A DNA stretch of 64,000 nt. It comes from Amoebidium appalachense (Eukaryota > Protista > Ichthyosporea). The stretch covers positions 7,441,794 through 7,505,793 of the forward strand of contig CAVNZM010000010.1 in NCBI GenBank assembly GCA_963693365.1. The letters are read 5' to 3'. The notes beneath the pieces are model-generated. The model saw nothing but the letters and a program-made list of their open reading frames with translations, did not search any database and was not told the origin of the DNA. A program made the translations under genes and the position numbers. Below are positions 19,402-32,617 of the stretch, piece by piece (the stretch's first letter is position 1; each line of letters begins with the position of its first letter).

Positions 19402-21250
19402 ATGGCCCAGGGGGACCAGCCTGAGAGAGCCGAGATTCTGAAGCAGCTGGGGCTATTTAGGAACAGTGTCTCACCGGTGGCCGTGTATCGTGTGAAATAT
19501 CAAACCGCCGAGGACGTGAAACACAATAAATGGAGGAACGCCGCGTGGTTCGGATTCGGATCAACCATTATAAGTCCCCGCAGATATCGTGTGTTGTATG
19601 AGAAAGGGCTAGAGGCGTTTTTGGCCCAGGAGGGCTACGAGTCGGTAGCCCGTCCTTGGGACCGTTCCGGAATGCCGCCTGAACGAATCAAACTTGACGT
19701 GTATTATTACGATTCGTGGAAGGAGCTTTTAAGAGACCAGCCACTTCAAACCACCTATGTGCGGCCAGGGAGCGCACTGAGTCACCTTGAAAATGTTCCC
19801 CCCCAACCCGGCACGTTGTCCGAGTCGCCGTCGCCGCCACCACCGTCGTCGAACGTTCCCGACATGGCACACCAGAGAGCCGAGATTCTGAAGCAGCTGG
19901 GGCTATTTAGGAACAGTGTCTCACCGGTGGCCATGTATCGTGTGAAATATCAAACCGCCGAGGACGTGAAACACAATAAATGGAGGAACGCCGCGTGGTT
20001 CCGATTCGGATCAACCATTATAAGTCCCCGCAGATATCGTGTGTTGTATGAGAAAGGGCTAGAGGCGTTTTTGGCCCAGGAGGGCTACGAGTCGGTAGCC
20101 CGTCCTTGGGACCGTTCCGGAATGCCGCCTGAACGAATCAAACTTGACGTGTATTATTACGATTCGTGGAAGGAGCTTTTAAGAGACCAGCCACTTCAAA
20201 CCACCTATGTGCGGCCAGGGAGCGCTCTGAGTCACCTTGAAAATGTTCCCCCCCAACCCGGCACGTTGTCCGAGTCGCCGTCGCCGCCACCACCGTCGTC
20301 GAACGTTCCCGACGTGGCGCCCAACCCACCTCCCCCGGTGCCCCCACCAACGTCCAACTTGAACGTTCCTGACGTGGTGCCCACCCCACCTCCCCCGGTC
20401 CCGATACCTTTCCCTCCCCCTCCCCCAACCACCACCACTACTAGTAGTACTAGTGGTAGTATCACGACCGTGGTCCCCGGACCGGCACCTTTTCCTCCCC
20501 CTCCCCCTCGGGCCACCACCTATCTTACCTCCCCCGCCGGACCACTCTCGTCGAGCGCCGTCACCGTGCCCCCGGGACCCACTACTACTACTAGTACCAC
20601 AAGTTCTGCTCCCGTGCCACGGCCAGCGGTGCCCCCTGCCGCTCAGGCTGTCCCCAGCGTCACTACTAGTACTAGCAGTAGTACCTTGGCCACCGAGTAT
20701 CCAAAAACGAAGAGCACGGTCTCAGTAACCAGCGACCCCACGCGCACCTCTAATTATTTAGAAGGAGTGGTGCCTGCGGTCACCGACTTTGCTAAGGAAG
20801 GCCTTGTTTGGGTGAAGGACAGTGCGGGGGCCGTGGTGGGCGCCATATACCACGTGCCCACTCATGCAGCGCAACTTGCGCAAGTTGCAGCAGGCACCTA
20901 TTCCAAAGTCACAGACACGGGTTACGGCCTTTACGACAGTGCCGGCCGCTATGTTGGGAAAGGGGTCGACAGCGCGGGCTACTATATTGGGAAGGGTGCT
21001 GATGCGGGTTATGACCTTTACGATAGCACCGGCCGCTACATTGGGAAAGGGGTAGACAGTATCAGATCCGCTCTCTCCGGCCTATCCCACCGGATACCTT
21101 TGGAGCGTGGGATTGAGTGGAGCTCGAAAGCTGTGGAGGAGTCGCAGCTTGCCCTTTCCAGCCTCGCCGGCATGGGCTATGGCCTGTACGACAGCGCCGG
21201 CCACTACATAGGAGACCTTGCCCAATACGTCAAGGATTCAGCGTCCCTTA
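19402..21250 (+). pseudogene. Large Pro/Thr-rich viral protein, 5' part; interrupted by a transposon
   Basis: The 636-aa ORF runs into the transposon TIR; it has a 150-aa duplication and GYGLYDSAGxYxG repeats. Confidence 0.75.
19424..20318. repeat. Near-perfect 450-bp tandem duplication (in frame)
   Basis: Sequence at 19424 recurs at 19874 with few substitutions. Confidence 0.95.
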
Positions 21251-22278
21251 CTAAATCAGCAAACTTCATCCGGCATCCGAAACCCATTAAAAACCCATTA
21301 AAGATATCATAAACCCATAAACCCATCTTTTTGCCACTCTTTATCCCCCTCTTGTCTTTTAGATAACATAACAGCATCGTTTTGCTATCACGGGTTTTCT
21401 GGATATCATTTTGGTATCTTTTGCTAGATATCAAAATGATCTCATAATGGGCTCATACGGAGCACCCTGAACCCATCGTTGTTCTATCCTGTGTTCCATG
21501 TATTCAACAACCTCGTTATATCCGTATGATACCATTATGATAGTCTATTTGATATCATAAAATCTTTTTAGTCTGATGTTCAGAAGCGTTTTAGACATAA
21601 TAAAGATATCTCTAATAGCGGATTAGGAGCCCTTCCCCATATCCTTATGGTAGCTATCACATATCCTTACGATATATATGATAATCGATCATAAGATACA
21701 TATATATCTATATGATATCATTTCGAGGTCATTATAGGAGGTTTCGTATATGGTAATACATCTATAAGATACTATTACAGATGTCCTTTTCATATACAAC
21801 GGATAGGTATAGGATGCCGAAAACATTATCTAAAGATCATACGTTAAATGTCATAACGATATAAGCCTCATAACATAAAGATAACTAGGATGGGTCAAAA
21901 GAAATTTCGTAATAATATCGTTTTGATAGTTTTAGGAGCCTTTAAAGATATGAGAAGTTCTGGCTGTATGTCCTCTACACAACATCTTTCTAGTATCTGT
22001 TACATATCGTTAAAACATATAGTAGTTTATCAGCTAACCATTCCTTATGATATTAGTAGCATATCGTTAACATAACTCTGTCACATCTTTTTGACATACA
22101 GCACTTATATCAAAACGATAAATTTAAGGTATAATTAAGATTTATTAAGAATGATTTTCGCAATATAGTTATATTATCCTTTTCATATCATTATGTTATG
22201 TCTTGATATATATGATTGAGCCATTTTCAAAGTTGATATCATCCAGACGTCGTTTCCGATCACTGTTTGATGTCGTTT

Positions 22279-22328
<50 letters not shown>

Positions 22329-22739
22329 CCCCTCACCCCTTTCGAACCTGCCTGTCACGTGGTCATATGTCGTCGAGCCGCTGATTACAGATCCATTTTC
22401 TGCAGACACGTCCCACTGGAACGTGTCAACTATAACTCATCTATTATCTTTTACGTAGGGTTATGTCCCACTGGGGCGTGTCTGTCACTTCAAATATTTT
22501 CTAAGACAAATATTTTCTAAGACAAATATTTTTAAAGACATGTCCTCGGGACATGTCTTCACACAATTTATTCGAACTACGAAAACACACAAAATAAATA
22601 CAGACACACACAAAATAATAATAATAATAATAAAAATAATAAAAAGCTCTGTTACTTTTTCTCTTCGCACACACACACACAAAAAAAAAGAAAAAAAGAA
22701 AAAAAAAGAAAAGTCACTCTTTTGTGTGTGTGTGTGGGG

Positions 22740-24056
22740 GGGGGGGGGGGGGGGGGGGGAAGGAGTATAAAAGAGCAGCAACGAACATAAACAAAACTCA
22801 AAACAAGCAAACTATTATGCGGGTTTCTAAGAAGCTCCCAACATCATTAAACTAAACACATGCTAATCCCTTGACAGAAGAGTAACAAGGTGTGTGTGTA
22901 TGGGTATGAGGCCCAAAAAAAAAAAAAAGGACGCCCAACATGACAATATAAGGGGGGCACTCTTACACCAAACCATACCATACCAAATGCCGGCAGAGTA
23001 ATTAACAGGACAAAGAGCCGGTACCCACCTATGGGTGCTAAACATGCACATGATCATTCATGTGCTATAAGAGCAACACAGAAACGAAACACGGAAACAA
23101 CAGCAGCCATAGGACAAAGAACCAGACCCACAGGGTCTTGCCTCCATACTTTATTTACCTTAACAGGACAAAGAGCCGGTACCCACCTATGAAACGAAAA
23201 ACGGAAACAACAGCAGCCATAGGACAAAGAGCCGGTACCCACCTCTAGATGATAACGTAGCCTTATAGCTGCTGATGACTTCATGGGCCAACCTTGCCAA
23301 AACCTGTAAAGGAACTCGAGCTAAGAATTAGCTCATCCTACTTGCGAGAAGTGGGGGGGAGGGGGGGGGGGGGGGGGGGGGGGGGACTGAGGGGGCTGAC
23401 TGAGAGTGGCAAAAAAAGAGTCGACAGAACCAACCTTAAACATAGTAAGGACGGAAACCCGGACCAGAACTTATGAAGTCTAGAGAAGCAGAAAATAGCT
23501 TGAACGATCGGTGGAGGGGATGATAGCTATAGTGCTAACAGCAAAAGTAGTGCCCACAGTCGCTGGTTCATGAACGTGAAAGGCAACGTGCATCTGCAGC
23601 CAGCAGACACACGCACACGCACGCACGCACACACACATACACACACACACACACAGACACAGACACAGACCAGACAGACAAACGCCATATGCACAAAAGC
23701 AGGCAACACAAAACTAACCTTCAAGAAGAAGCTGCAGCATGCAGCATGCGGAGGGGAAAAAATTGCAAACCGGATTGGGATTTAGCCAATCACTATTCGC
23801 CGCGCCTGATTAGGAAAAAGATAAAAATAGATTTCGGCTCGCGCGCGCGCGTGCATCAGCTTGGTGCCCTTAGCGCTACCCTTAGTGCCCTTAGTCACAA
23901 CTATCAGACTATAGTTACGTGTCCTCCACTTCTTTGTTCTTGACCATTTTTTCGGCATGAAAGGGTTTCTGTTACTTCTTGCTGTCCTTCTTAGCGTGCT
24001 TGCTTGTCTTTTTTTCAACATGGGTGTCACTGGCGCTTTCGACTTCTTTGAAATCA

Positions 24057-24087
<31 letters not shown>

Positions 24088-24481
24088 GCGCGCACGCGCG
24101 CACGCACACACACTCACACATGCACACTGCACACACACACACACACACACACACAGGCGCGCACACACAGGCACGCACACACACACAGGCGCACACCTAC
24201 ACAACACACACAGCACATGCACACACAAGCGCACACACGCACACACCCTGTTATCCCTGATCATGATGCCCCCTCCCCCCTCCCTCTTCCCCCCGCGCAC
24301 CCCCCCCCCCCCCCCCCCCCCCCCCCACCCACCCCACCCACCCACCTACAAAGACGAAAACATTGTACATGTATTGCATACACAAATATACTCGCACATA
24401 TACATACACACATTCACTTTAATCTTTCAGGCTACATGTGCAATATACATTAATTATGCACAGTCGATAGAATTCGTTGTG

Positions 24482-24519
<38 letters not shown>

Positions 24520-24634
24520 TCGTTCCCCCCATATGCAATGGGGATAATATTGTTTCCCGCTATTAATTAAAAAATCACCGTTCTAACTTCTTAAGACCGA
24601 ACCACTTGTAACACCGACAGTTTCGGTTGTGTGG

Positions 24635-24679
<45 letters not shown>

Positions 24680-24790
24680 CCCACCCACCACCTTACCAAT
24701 ATTGAGGTGTACACTGCCCCCACATCCCCAACTGTGTGCTGAATATCCCGTGCTAGGAAACCAATAACGTGAAAGTAACACATGCCGCAT
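22740..24790 (+). repeat. Host repeat block shared with 42385-43270 and 44245-45570
   Basis: Collinear near-identity (e.g. identical track ORFs 23294..23476 and 42933..43115). Confidence 0.9.
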
Positions 24791-26700
24791 GTGGGTAGTT
24801 ATTGAAAAAACCAATAATGTCTAGGTAACATACCGTATGATGTACATATACTATGCTACAAAGGGGGTTCTATACGAGCTACAACGTTGTGTTTTTTTCG
24901 TGTGACCCTCGTACTCCAGGGGCACATTCACCATCCCCCCCATAAACTTTGTGGTAAAGTTCTCGTGCTAGAAGCTGTTCTGTGGGTAGTTATTGAAAAA
25001 ACGAATAATGTCTAGGTAACACATGTACATATGCTATGCTACAAGGGGGGTTCTATTCGAGCTACAATGTTGTGTTTTTTTCGTGTGACCCTCGTACTCC
25101 AGGGGCACATTCACCATCCACCCCATAAACGTTGTGGTAAATCTCTCGTCCTAGAGGCTGTTCTGTGGGTAGTTATTGAAAAACCAATAATGTCTAGGTA
25201 ACATATATATGTACATATACTATGCTACAAGGGGGGTTCTATACGAGCTACAACGTTGTGTTTTTTTCGTGTGACCCTCGTACTCCAGGGGCACATTCAC
25301 CATCCCCCCCATAAACGTTGTGGTAAAGCTCTCGTGCTAGAAGCTGTTCTGTGGGTAGTTATTGAAAAAACCAATAATGTCTAGGTAACATACTATGTAC
25401 ATATACTATGCTACAAGGGGGGTTCTATACGAGCTACAACGTTGTGCTTTTTTCGTGTGACCCTCGTACTCCAGGGGCACATTCACCATCCCCCCCATAC
25501 ACGTTGTGGTAAAGCTCTCGTGCTAGAAGCTGTTCTGTGGGTAGTTATTGAAAAAACGAATAATGTCTAGGTAACACATGTACTTATACTATGCTACAAG
25601 GGGGGTTCTATTCGAGCTACAATGTTGTGTTTTTTTCGTGTGACCCTCGTACTCCAGGGGCACATTCACCATCCACCCCATAAACTTTGTGGTAAATCTC
25701 TCGTGCTAGAGGCTGTTCTGTGGGTAGCTATTGAAAAACCAATAATGTCTAGGTAACATATGTACATATACTATGCTACAAGGGGGGTTCTATACGAGCT
25801 ACAACGTTGTGTTTTTTTCGTGTGACCCTCGTACTCCAGGGGCGCATTCACCATCCCCCCCATAAACGTTGTGGTAAAGCTCTCGTGCTAGAAGCTGTTC
25901 TGTGGGTAGTTATTGAAAAAACCAATAATGTCTAGGTAACATACTATGTACATATACTATGCTACAAGGGGGGTTCTATACGAGCTACAACGTTGTGTTT
26001 TTTTCGTGTGACCCTTGTACTCCAGGGGCACATTCAACATCCCCCCCATACACGTTGTGGTAAATGTCTCGTGCTAGAAGCTGTTCTGTGGGTAGTTATT
26101 GAAACAACCAATAATGTCTAGGTAACACATGGACATATACTATGCTACAAGGGGGGTCTATTCGAGCTACAACATTGTGTTTTTTTCGTGTGACCCTCGT
26201 ACTCCAGGGGCACATTCACCATCTCCCCCATAAACTTTGTGGTAAATGTCTCGTGCTAGAAGCTGTTCTGTGTGTAGTTATTGAAAAAACCAATAATGTC
26301 TAGGTAACATACTATGTACATATACTATGCTACAAGGGGGGTTCTATACGAGCTACAACGTTGTGTTTTTTTCGTGTGACCCTCGTACTCCAGGGGCACA
26401 TTCACCATCCCCCCCATAAACTTTGTGGTAAAGCTCTCGTGCTAGAAGCTGTTCTGTGGGTAGTTATTGAAAAAACGAATAATGTCTAGGTAACACATGT
26501 ACTTATACTATGCTACAAGGGGGGTTCTATTCGAGCTACAAGGTTGTGTTTTTTTCGTGTGACCCTCGTACTCCAGGGGCACATTTACCATCCCCCCCAT
26601 AAACGTTGTGGTAAATTTCTCGTGCTAGAGGCTGTTCTGTGGGTAGTTATTGAAAAACCAATAATGTCTAGGTAACATATGTACATATACTATGCTACAA
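24790..26700 (+). repeat. Tandem satellite, ~184-bp unit, about 10 copies
   Basis: Unit TGTGGGTAGTTATTGAAAAA…CTCGTGCTAGAAGCTGTTC recurring head to tail. Confidence 0.95.
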
Positions 26701-26813
26701 GGTGCTACAAGGGAGGAGATATTTTATGAACGGGAGAGTGAGCCGAGAATGTGTAGATAAAGAACAGAGGAATATCGAGGCAACCGTGGTGTACCCTGTC
26801 TTTATGTGAACAC

Positions 26814-26845
<32 letters not shown>

Positions 26846-26912
26846 CTCGCGCGTTCGTGTCTACCGATGTACGTGCACACGGGCATGTGTTTGGGTGTGT
26901 GTATGTACGTGT

Positions 26913-26967
<55 letters not shown>

Positions 26968-26992
26968 AGGTGCGCATGGTAACGTGTGTGTG

Positions 26993-27068
<76 letters not shown>

Positions 27069-27101
27069 CAACGTGCCTGTGTGTGTGTGTGTGTGTGTGG
27101 C

Positions 27102-27132
<31 letters not shown>

Positions 27133-28627
27133 AGGGCAACGTGTCTGTCTGTGTGTGTGTATCTCTCTCTGTGTGTGTGTGTTTGTGTGTGTGTGTGTGG
27201 CAGCGTGCGTGTCTCGCTGTGTGTGTGTGTGTGTGTGTGTCATGATTGACGACATAGGTTCAGAAGAAGAGTGTGTATCACTACGTTGCAGTTTTCACAT
27301 ACTTTGTAGTTCACGCGCGCGGAGGCATAATGTTAACGTGCGTTACCGGTTATAGAAAGCACAAGCGTAACTAGCGTTTTATATCATAAATAGTCATAAA
27401 ATGGTAACGTTCATTATAACTACGATGCATGAGAATAGAATGATATCAACAATACATACATTAGATATCGTACGGATATCTTGCGATATATCATCTGGTG
27501 TCCGGAGAATGTGCACGTGCCTGTGATGTGCACCCGCCCTAATGCAGTAAGGTATTGTTTTCAGGCGCTAATAAACCTTCAAAGGTGGTAACATCCTCGG
27601 AACACACAAAATATAAAATTGCAATAAATAACCATTTTCCTGCTTCGATGCTCGAAATTGGTACTATGTAGTTACTAGATTGCTCTATTTTGCCTAGTGT
27701 TTAGTGTTTCGGACGTTCGCAATTTACACTCTGCCACATGGCACTTGCCAAATGGGGTAATTTAGTTTTATTTGCGGCCGTTGTGGTTGCGTGTTTATCT
27801 AACAAATATCATTATGAGATGTTTATGACCCCTGTGGGATATGTACAAGATCAGACCATAGAAGATCAGGTCGTTGCGATGTCGTAAAGATGGCAGAAAC
27901 ATATCTTCATTAGATGTATGCGATAATCTCAATTAAACATGAAACGTGATTGGCTGATCACAGTTGGGTGACCCTGAGCATGCCGTTTTGAAGAATAACA
28001 ACCAATCAAAATCGGGTTTGCCATTTTGTGATTTTCGTCCCACAATCGAACGGAAAAGTGATTTCCTGGCCCTATATAAATGGCCATGCCACCATCACAT
28101 TCAGATGGCCGCAATGAGCCCCGCAATGCCCCGTGTGAGTAATTGGCGGGTTTCCCAACGATTGCTCAGCTGGCTTGATCACAAAAATTTTCTTTGCGCG
28201 TATATCGCAACCATTCTCATCGGACATCTAATAGACATCTAAAGGATTTTTCGATTGTTCTTCTGATATCTTTCTAATATCCACAATGCTGCCGTTTAGA
28301 TATCACATTGATGTACTTACAAAAGACACTGACCTTCTACTGCACGGATGTTCTTCTGATATCTTTCTAATATCCACAATACTGCCGCTTAGATATCACT
28401 GGGATGGCAAGCTTATGTATCATATACTTATGAATTCGATATATAAATATATCCCTATGCGGATATCGCAATGATAATCTAAGGGCCTCTAAAAGATATG
28501 TAGATGATACCTCGTGGACTACTGCTCTGGACAAATTAGGATATTCAAATGATAGGTTACAGCATATCACATTGATGTACATAGCGACATCTTACCGATA
28601 TCAATCACACAACTCACTAGTCTTTAC

Positions 28628-29230
<603 letters not shown>

Positions 29231-30321
29231 TTAGATATATCAGGTACATATCCTTACGACGTGTACAAAGATATGAATTAGATATCGTAGCTTGGGCCTG
29301 CAAAGAGGCAGTTGTGATATGTTTGAGATGTAGGACCAAAAACAGATAACATATTGAATATAAAAGGGATATCAAAAAGAATATCAAAAGGATACCCACA
29401 ATGCTGCCGTTTTAGACAGAGCGGGATATTCAAATGATAAGTTACAGCATATCACATTGATGTACATAGGGGCATCTTACACATACCAATCACATATATC
29501 ACAAGTCTTTATTTAGATATATTTGGTACATATCCTTACGACCTGTACAATGATATGAATTAGATATCATATCTTGGGCCTGTGGACAAAGGGATATCCG
29601 AAAGGATATCAAAAGGATGTCTTCAACATGCCTACTGGTTGTGTACAAGGGTATCTTCTGGATTACCCCCATGGGCGCATAACGATATCAAAAAAATGGT
29701 TGTAGGTACATCACAACGATGTCCAGACGATATCAAAACAACATCTGTATTATATTCAATTTATAAGCATACATGTTATCCATCAGATATCACGTGGATA
29801 TCAATTTGTATTGTCCCACGACATCAGGTAGATATCGTCATGTAATGCGTATTGGATGGGATTAAGATATTCTATAATGAGGGATATCTGTAGGCTATAA
29901 CAAAGACATCTAACAGATATCGTTTGGGGCACCAATATCCTAAACGTATGTGAAACATATCCAAAAGAGCTATTATGACCTTGCTAACATACATATCACT
30001 AGGATAGCATATGGATATCATAATGCTATGAGGAAATTTTGAGATTTTCGGTCAAAAACCAAAACCATCGTGGTTTTCTATGATATCGTAAGGATATCGT
30101 AAGGATATCAGCAAAGGATGGGTTTCGGATATGCGCCATACCATAACCAATCCGAACCCTATCAAAGATATCATTGATAGGGATCTGATGGGTTCTATCC
30201 GGGAATTCTATGATATCTTGTCAGGCTCTTTTTGACGTATTTAGGGTGGGGTTTGGTATGCCATATATCAAAATGATATATAAGATGGGTTTCGGATGCC
30301 GGATGAAGTTTGCTGATTTAG

Positions 30322-30833
30322 TAATGTCGCCAAAGGAATGGACGTTCATCAGCGTCCGCGACATGTGGAACGGTGTCTTGAACTGGTACCGGGTACCCGA
30401 CCACGGTCCGGCGCGCTGGGGATGGCGTGCTGGCGAATACGCGTTGCCTGGACAAGCTGTTGAGCCTGCGGTCCCTTCGTTGCCTCTTCTCGGAATGCGA
30501 CCGGAACATATACGTATAACACCCGCCGGCGGCGCCGTTGAACACACTGCTGCGGGGACACCCACCGTGACCGCACCGGTGCCAGTGATGCCACCTATTA
30601 CCGTAATGCCCGGTACTACTACTACTCCTACCACTACTACTGCTGATGAGTCTAGTACAGCAGCCGCGGCCACTGGTATCCGGTCCGTCTATGAAATGAT
30701 AACGGGGGCTTTGGTACCTTCAAGTTGGGGACACACACCTCGGCCTGAGGCTCCCCTGTTCAAGCGGGCCTGCCATATTACGCTGCGCACCTACGTACGC
30801 CCAGAGTGGCATTTGCGCGCACGGGCGGGCTAG
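30322..30833 (+). pseudogene. 3' part of the interrupted Pro/Thr-rich viral gene
   Basis: GC-rich coding sequence resumes right after the TIR (MSPKEWTF…PGTTTTPTTTT), with the same ACT-repeat Thr tracts as the 5' part. Confidence 0.65.
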
Positions 30834-30952
30834 CATCACCCACCTACACGTCCCACGTGCCCGTGTATGCCTCATCCAAGAAGACAAAGTCAAAGAAAAA
30901 GAAGAAAGGCCAGTCTAAAAAATCTCACCCCACCAATTAGATCTAGGCAGTC

Positions 30953-31171
30953 ATGTCGTCACGAGACAATACCCACATGCGCATGTATGCCCTACCACAC
31001 ACGCTGGCTTCCCGCCCGGTACCCTTGCCCTACGTGTGGGGGAGAGGGGTGGGTCAGCCTCCAAAACAGACCAAACCCGTCTTTGGCAGTGACGTCATTG
31101 AGGGGGTACGGCCTGCCATGTACACGCCGTGGCCCGTGGCCGCAGACAACAACTCGTTTCAAAACCATTAA
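30953..31171 (+). CDS. Small viral hypothetical protein (72 aa)
   Basis: Short ORF after an A-rich spacer. Confidence 0.4.
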   Translation: MSSRDNTHMRMYALPHTLASRPVPLPYVWGRGVGQPPKQTKPVFGSDVIEGVRPAMYTPWPVAADNNSFQNH

Positions 31172-31215
31172 AAGAGCCCCAGTCTCAAAACAAATTGTAG
31201 ATCAACAGGTATACG

Positions 31216-31416
31216 TTGAACATCATGGAGCTGAACATTGGCGGCCCACCTGTGCGTAGGCGCCCCTTTATTTTTCCTGAGCAGAACAACAGTCTGAACG
31301 TGATGGATAACTCCACCATGCGTGAGTTTAAGCGAGACCCGCTCGCCTTTACCCTGCAACGATCTGGTGTAAACGCAAACAGGCCCGTACGTGCGGGCCG
31401 AGTGGTGTACAAGTGA
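31216..31416 (+). CDS. Small viral hypothetical protein (about 63-66 aa)
   Basis: ATCATGG start near 31225; ends at the TGGCCA-rich element. Confidence 0.4.
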   Translation: MNIMELNIGGPPVRRRPFIFPEQNNSLNVMDNSTMREFKRDPLAFTLQRSGVNANRPVRAGRVVYK

Positions 31417-31714
31417 ACTGGCCAAGTGGCAAAGTGGCCCGTGGCGAAGGCGAACTGGCCATGTGGCCTGTGACGTAAAAATCAAATAAACTCTAGCCGG
31501 CGCCGGCGCCGCCGCCGACGTTGCCGCAAAAGTCAAATTGGATATCAAGTCAGGTGCATTAACCAAGACTACTAGTACTGATAAGCCTGCCTTATTTGGT
31601 CCTGTTTGAACGCATTTGATTGGGGCCTTTACATTGCACACAGGGTGCTGCCGCCAGCTGGCGGCGGCTGTGCAGCGGCGGCGGCAGGGTGCTGCACACA
31701 GCTGGCCGCGGCAG

Positions 31715-32557
31715 TCACTCCACCGGGTGGCCGACGTCCAAGCAAAACATGTTGTATTCGACTAGAAGATGGTACTTTCTTAGGTCCTTTTCAAGCTCTT
31801 GCCATACCTTTTCGCTCTTTACCCTAGTTATTTTACTTTTTACGGCAGGGAGCAGCGGCTCCAGGCTCCTGGCGTCCATGCCGCTCACTAGCCCTACCAT
31901 CTTCACTAGCAGGAAAGGATAGCCAAGGAAGTTCTTGCGTTTGTCGTCCTTATACCGTTTGTGCCATGCTAGGGAAAACTTGAACATGCCCGTGAGCAGC
32001 TCAATCTGTTCGCAGCTGAAGCGGGGCAGCGACCAGCCGTACAGATGCTTCATGATGACAGGTGCGTGCGGGTAATGCTTGGTCAGCTTGTGTTTGCGCA
32101 GGATCTTGCGCACGTGGTCTGCGTCCTTGATGTTGGGTGTGTCCTCAAACGCGCGCCGTACGCCCTCTCCCAGCTCACCCACAGAAGCGTTTAGCCCTTG
32201 TATGGCGTGCAGCAGTTGCTTGAAGTGGTTGATGTGTCTGTAGGGCTGTGACCTCTTCCTGTCCCAGAATGCCGTGCACCCTTCGTATGTGTGTCTCCCT
32301 TCTCCATCGCTTGCATCCCACCCTCTTCCGTCCCACTCCCACTCCTCTTGCCAGTCTTCCGCTTCCCAATCCGTGTGCTCATGATCGTCGTCAGCCTCTG
32401 CCTGTTCGTGTCCCCACGGCAGGGTCGACGGGTTTTCGTTAAGTTCTGTGTCATGCTTGGTGCTGCAGTAGAAGTCAAACAGCATGGGGCACAGATCCAA
32501 CAGCTTTTCGGGATCTGTGGCCCCCTCCACAGCTCGGCACACGCTCTCTTCATCCAT
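31715..32557 (-). CDS. VLTF3: VLTF3-like late transcription factor (poxvirus A2 / Nucleocytoviricota family)
   Basis: YRHINHFKQLL…VRKILRK…KHYPH…LTGMF…KRKNFLGYPFLLVK…VKS…VWQEL matches the VLTF3 pattern (YKR-x-NHF…RKNFL-x-Y…LKS…IW). Confidence 0.85.
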   Translation of the reverse strand: MDEESVCRAVEGATDPEKLLDLCPMLFDFYCSTKHDTELNENPSTLPWGHEQAEADDDHEHTDWEAEDWQEEWEWDGRGWDASDGEGRHTYEGCTAFWDRKRSQPYRHINHFKQLLHAIQGLNASVGELGEGVRRAFEDTPNIKDADHVRKILRKHKLTKHYPHAPVIMKHLYGWSLPRFSCEQIELLTGMFKFSLAWHKRYKDDKRKNFLGYPFLLVKMVGLVSGMDARSLEPLLPAVKSKITRVKSEKVWQELEKDLRKYHLLVEYNMFCLDVGHPVE

Positions 32558-32617
32558 CTTTTTTAATGGTATGCGTGCGCGTTAGAGTGATGGGTGCACA
32601 GGGCCACCGTGCTCCTT

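Noticed and set aside
24790-26700. CRISPR-like regular array
   Set aside because: Units are contiguous near-identical ~184-bp repeats without unique spacers; no cas genes; eukaryotic context.
27330-27380. Possible Helitron 3' end (…GTAACTAG)
   Set aside because: CTAG is followed by C rather than T; no clear terminal hairpin or matching 5' TC end.
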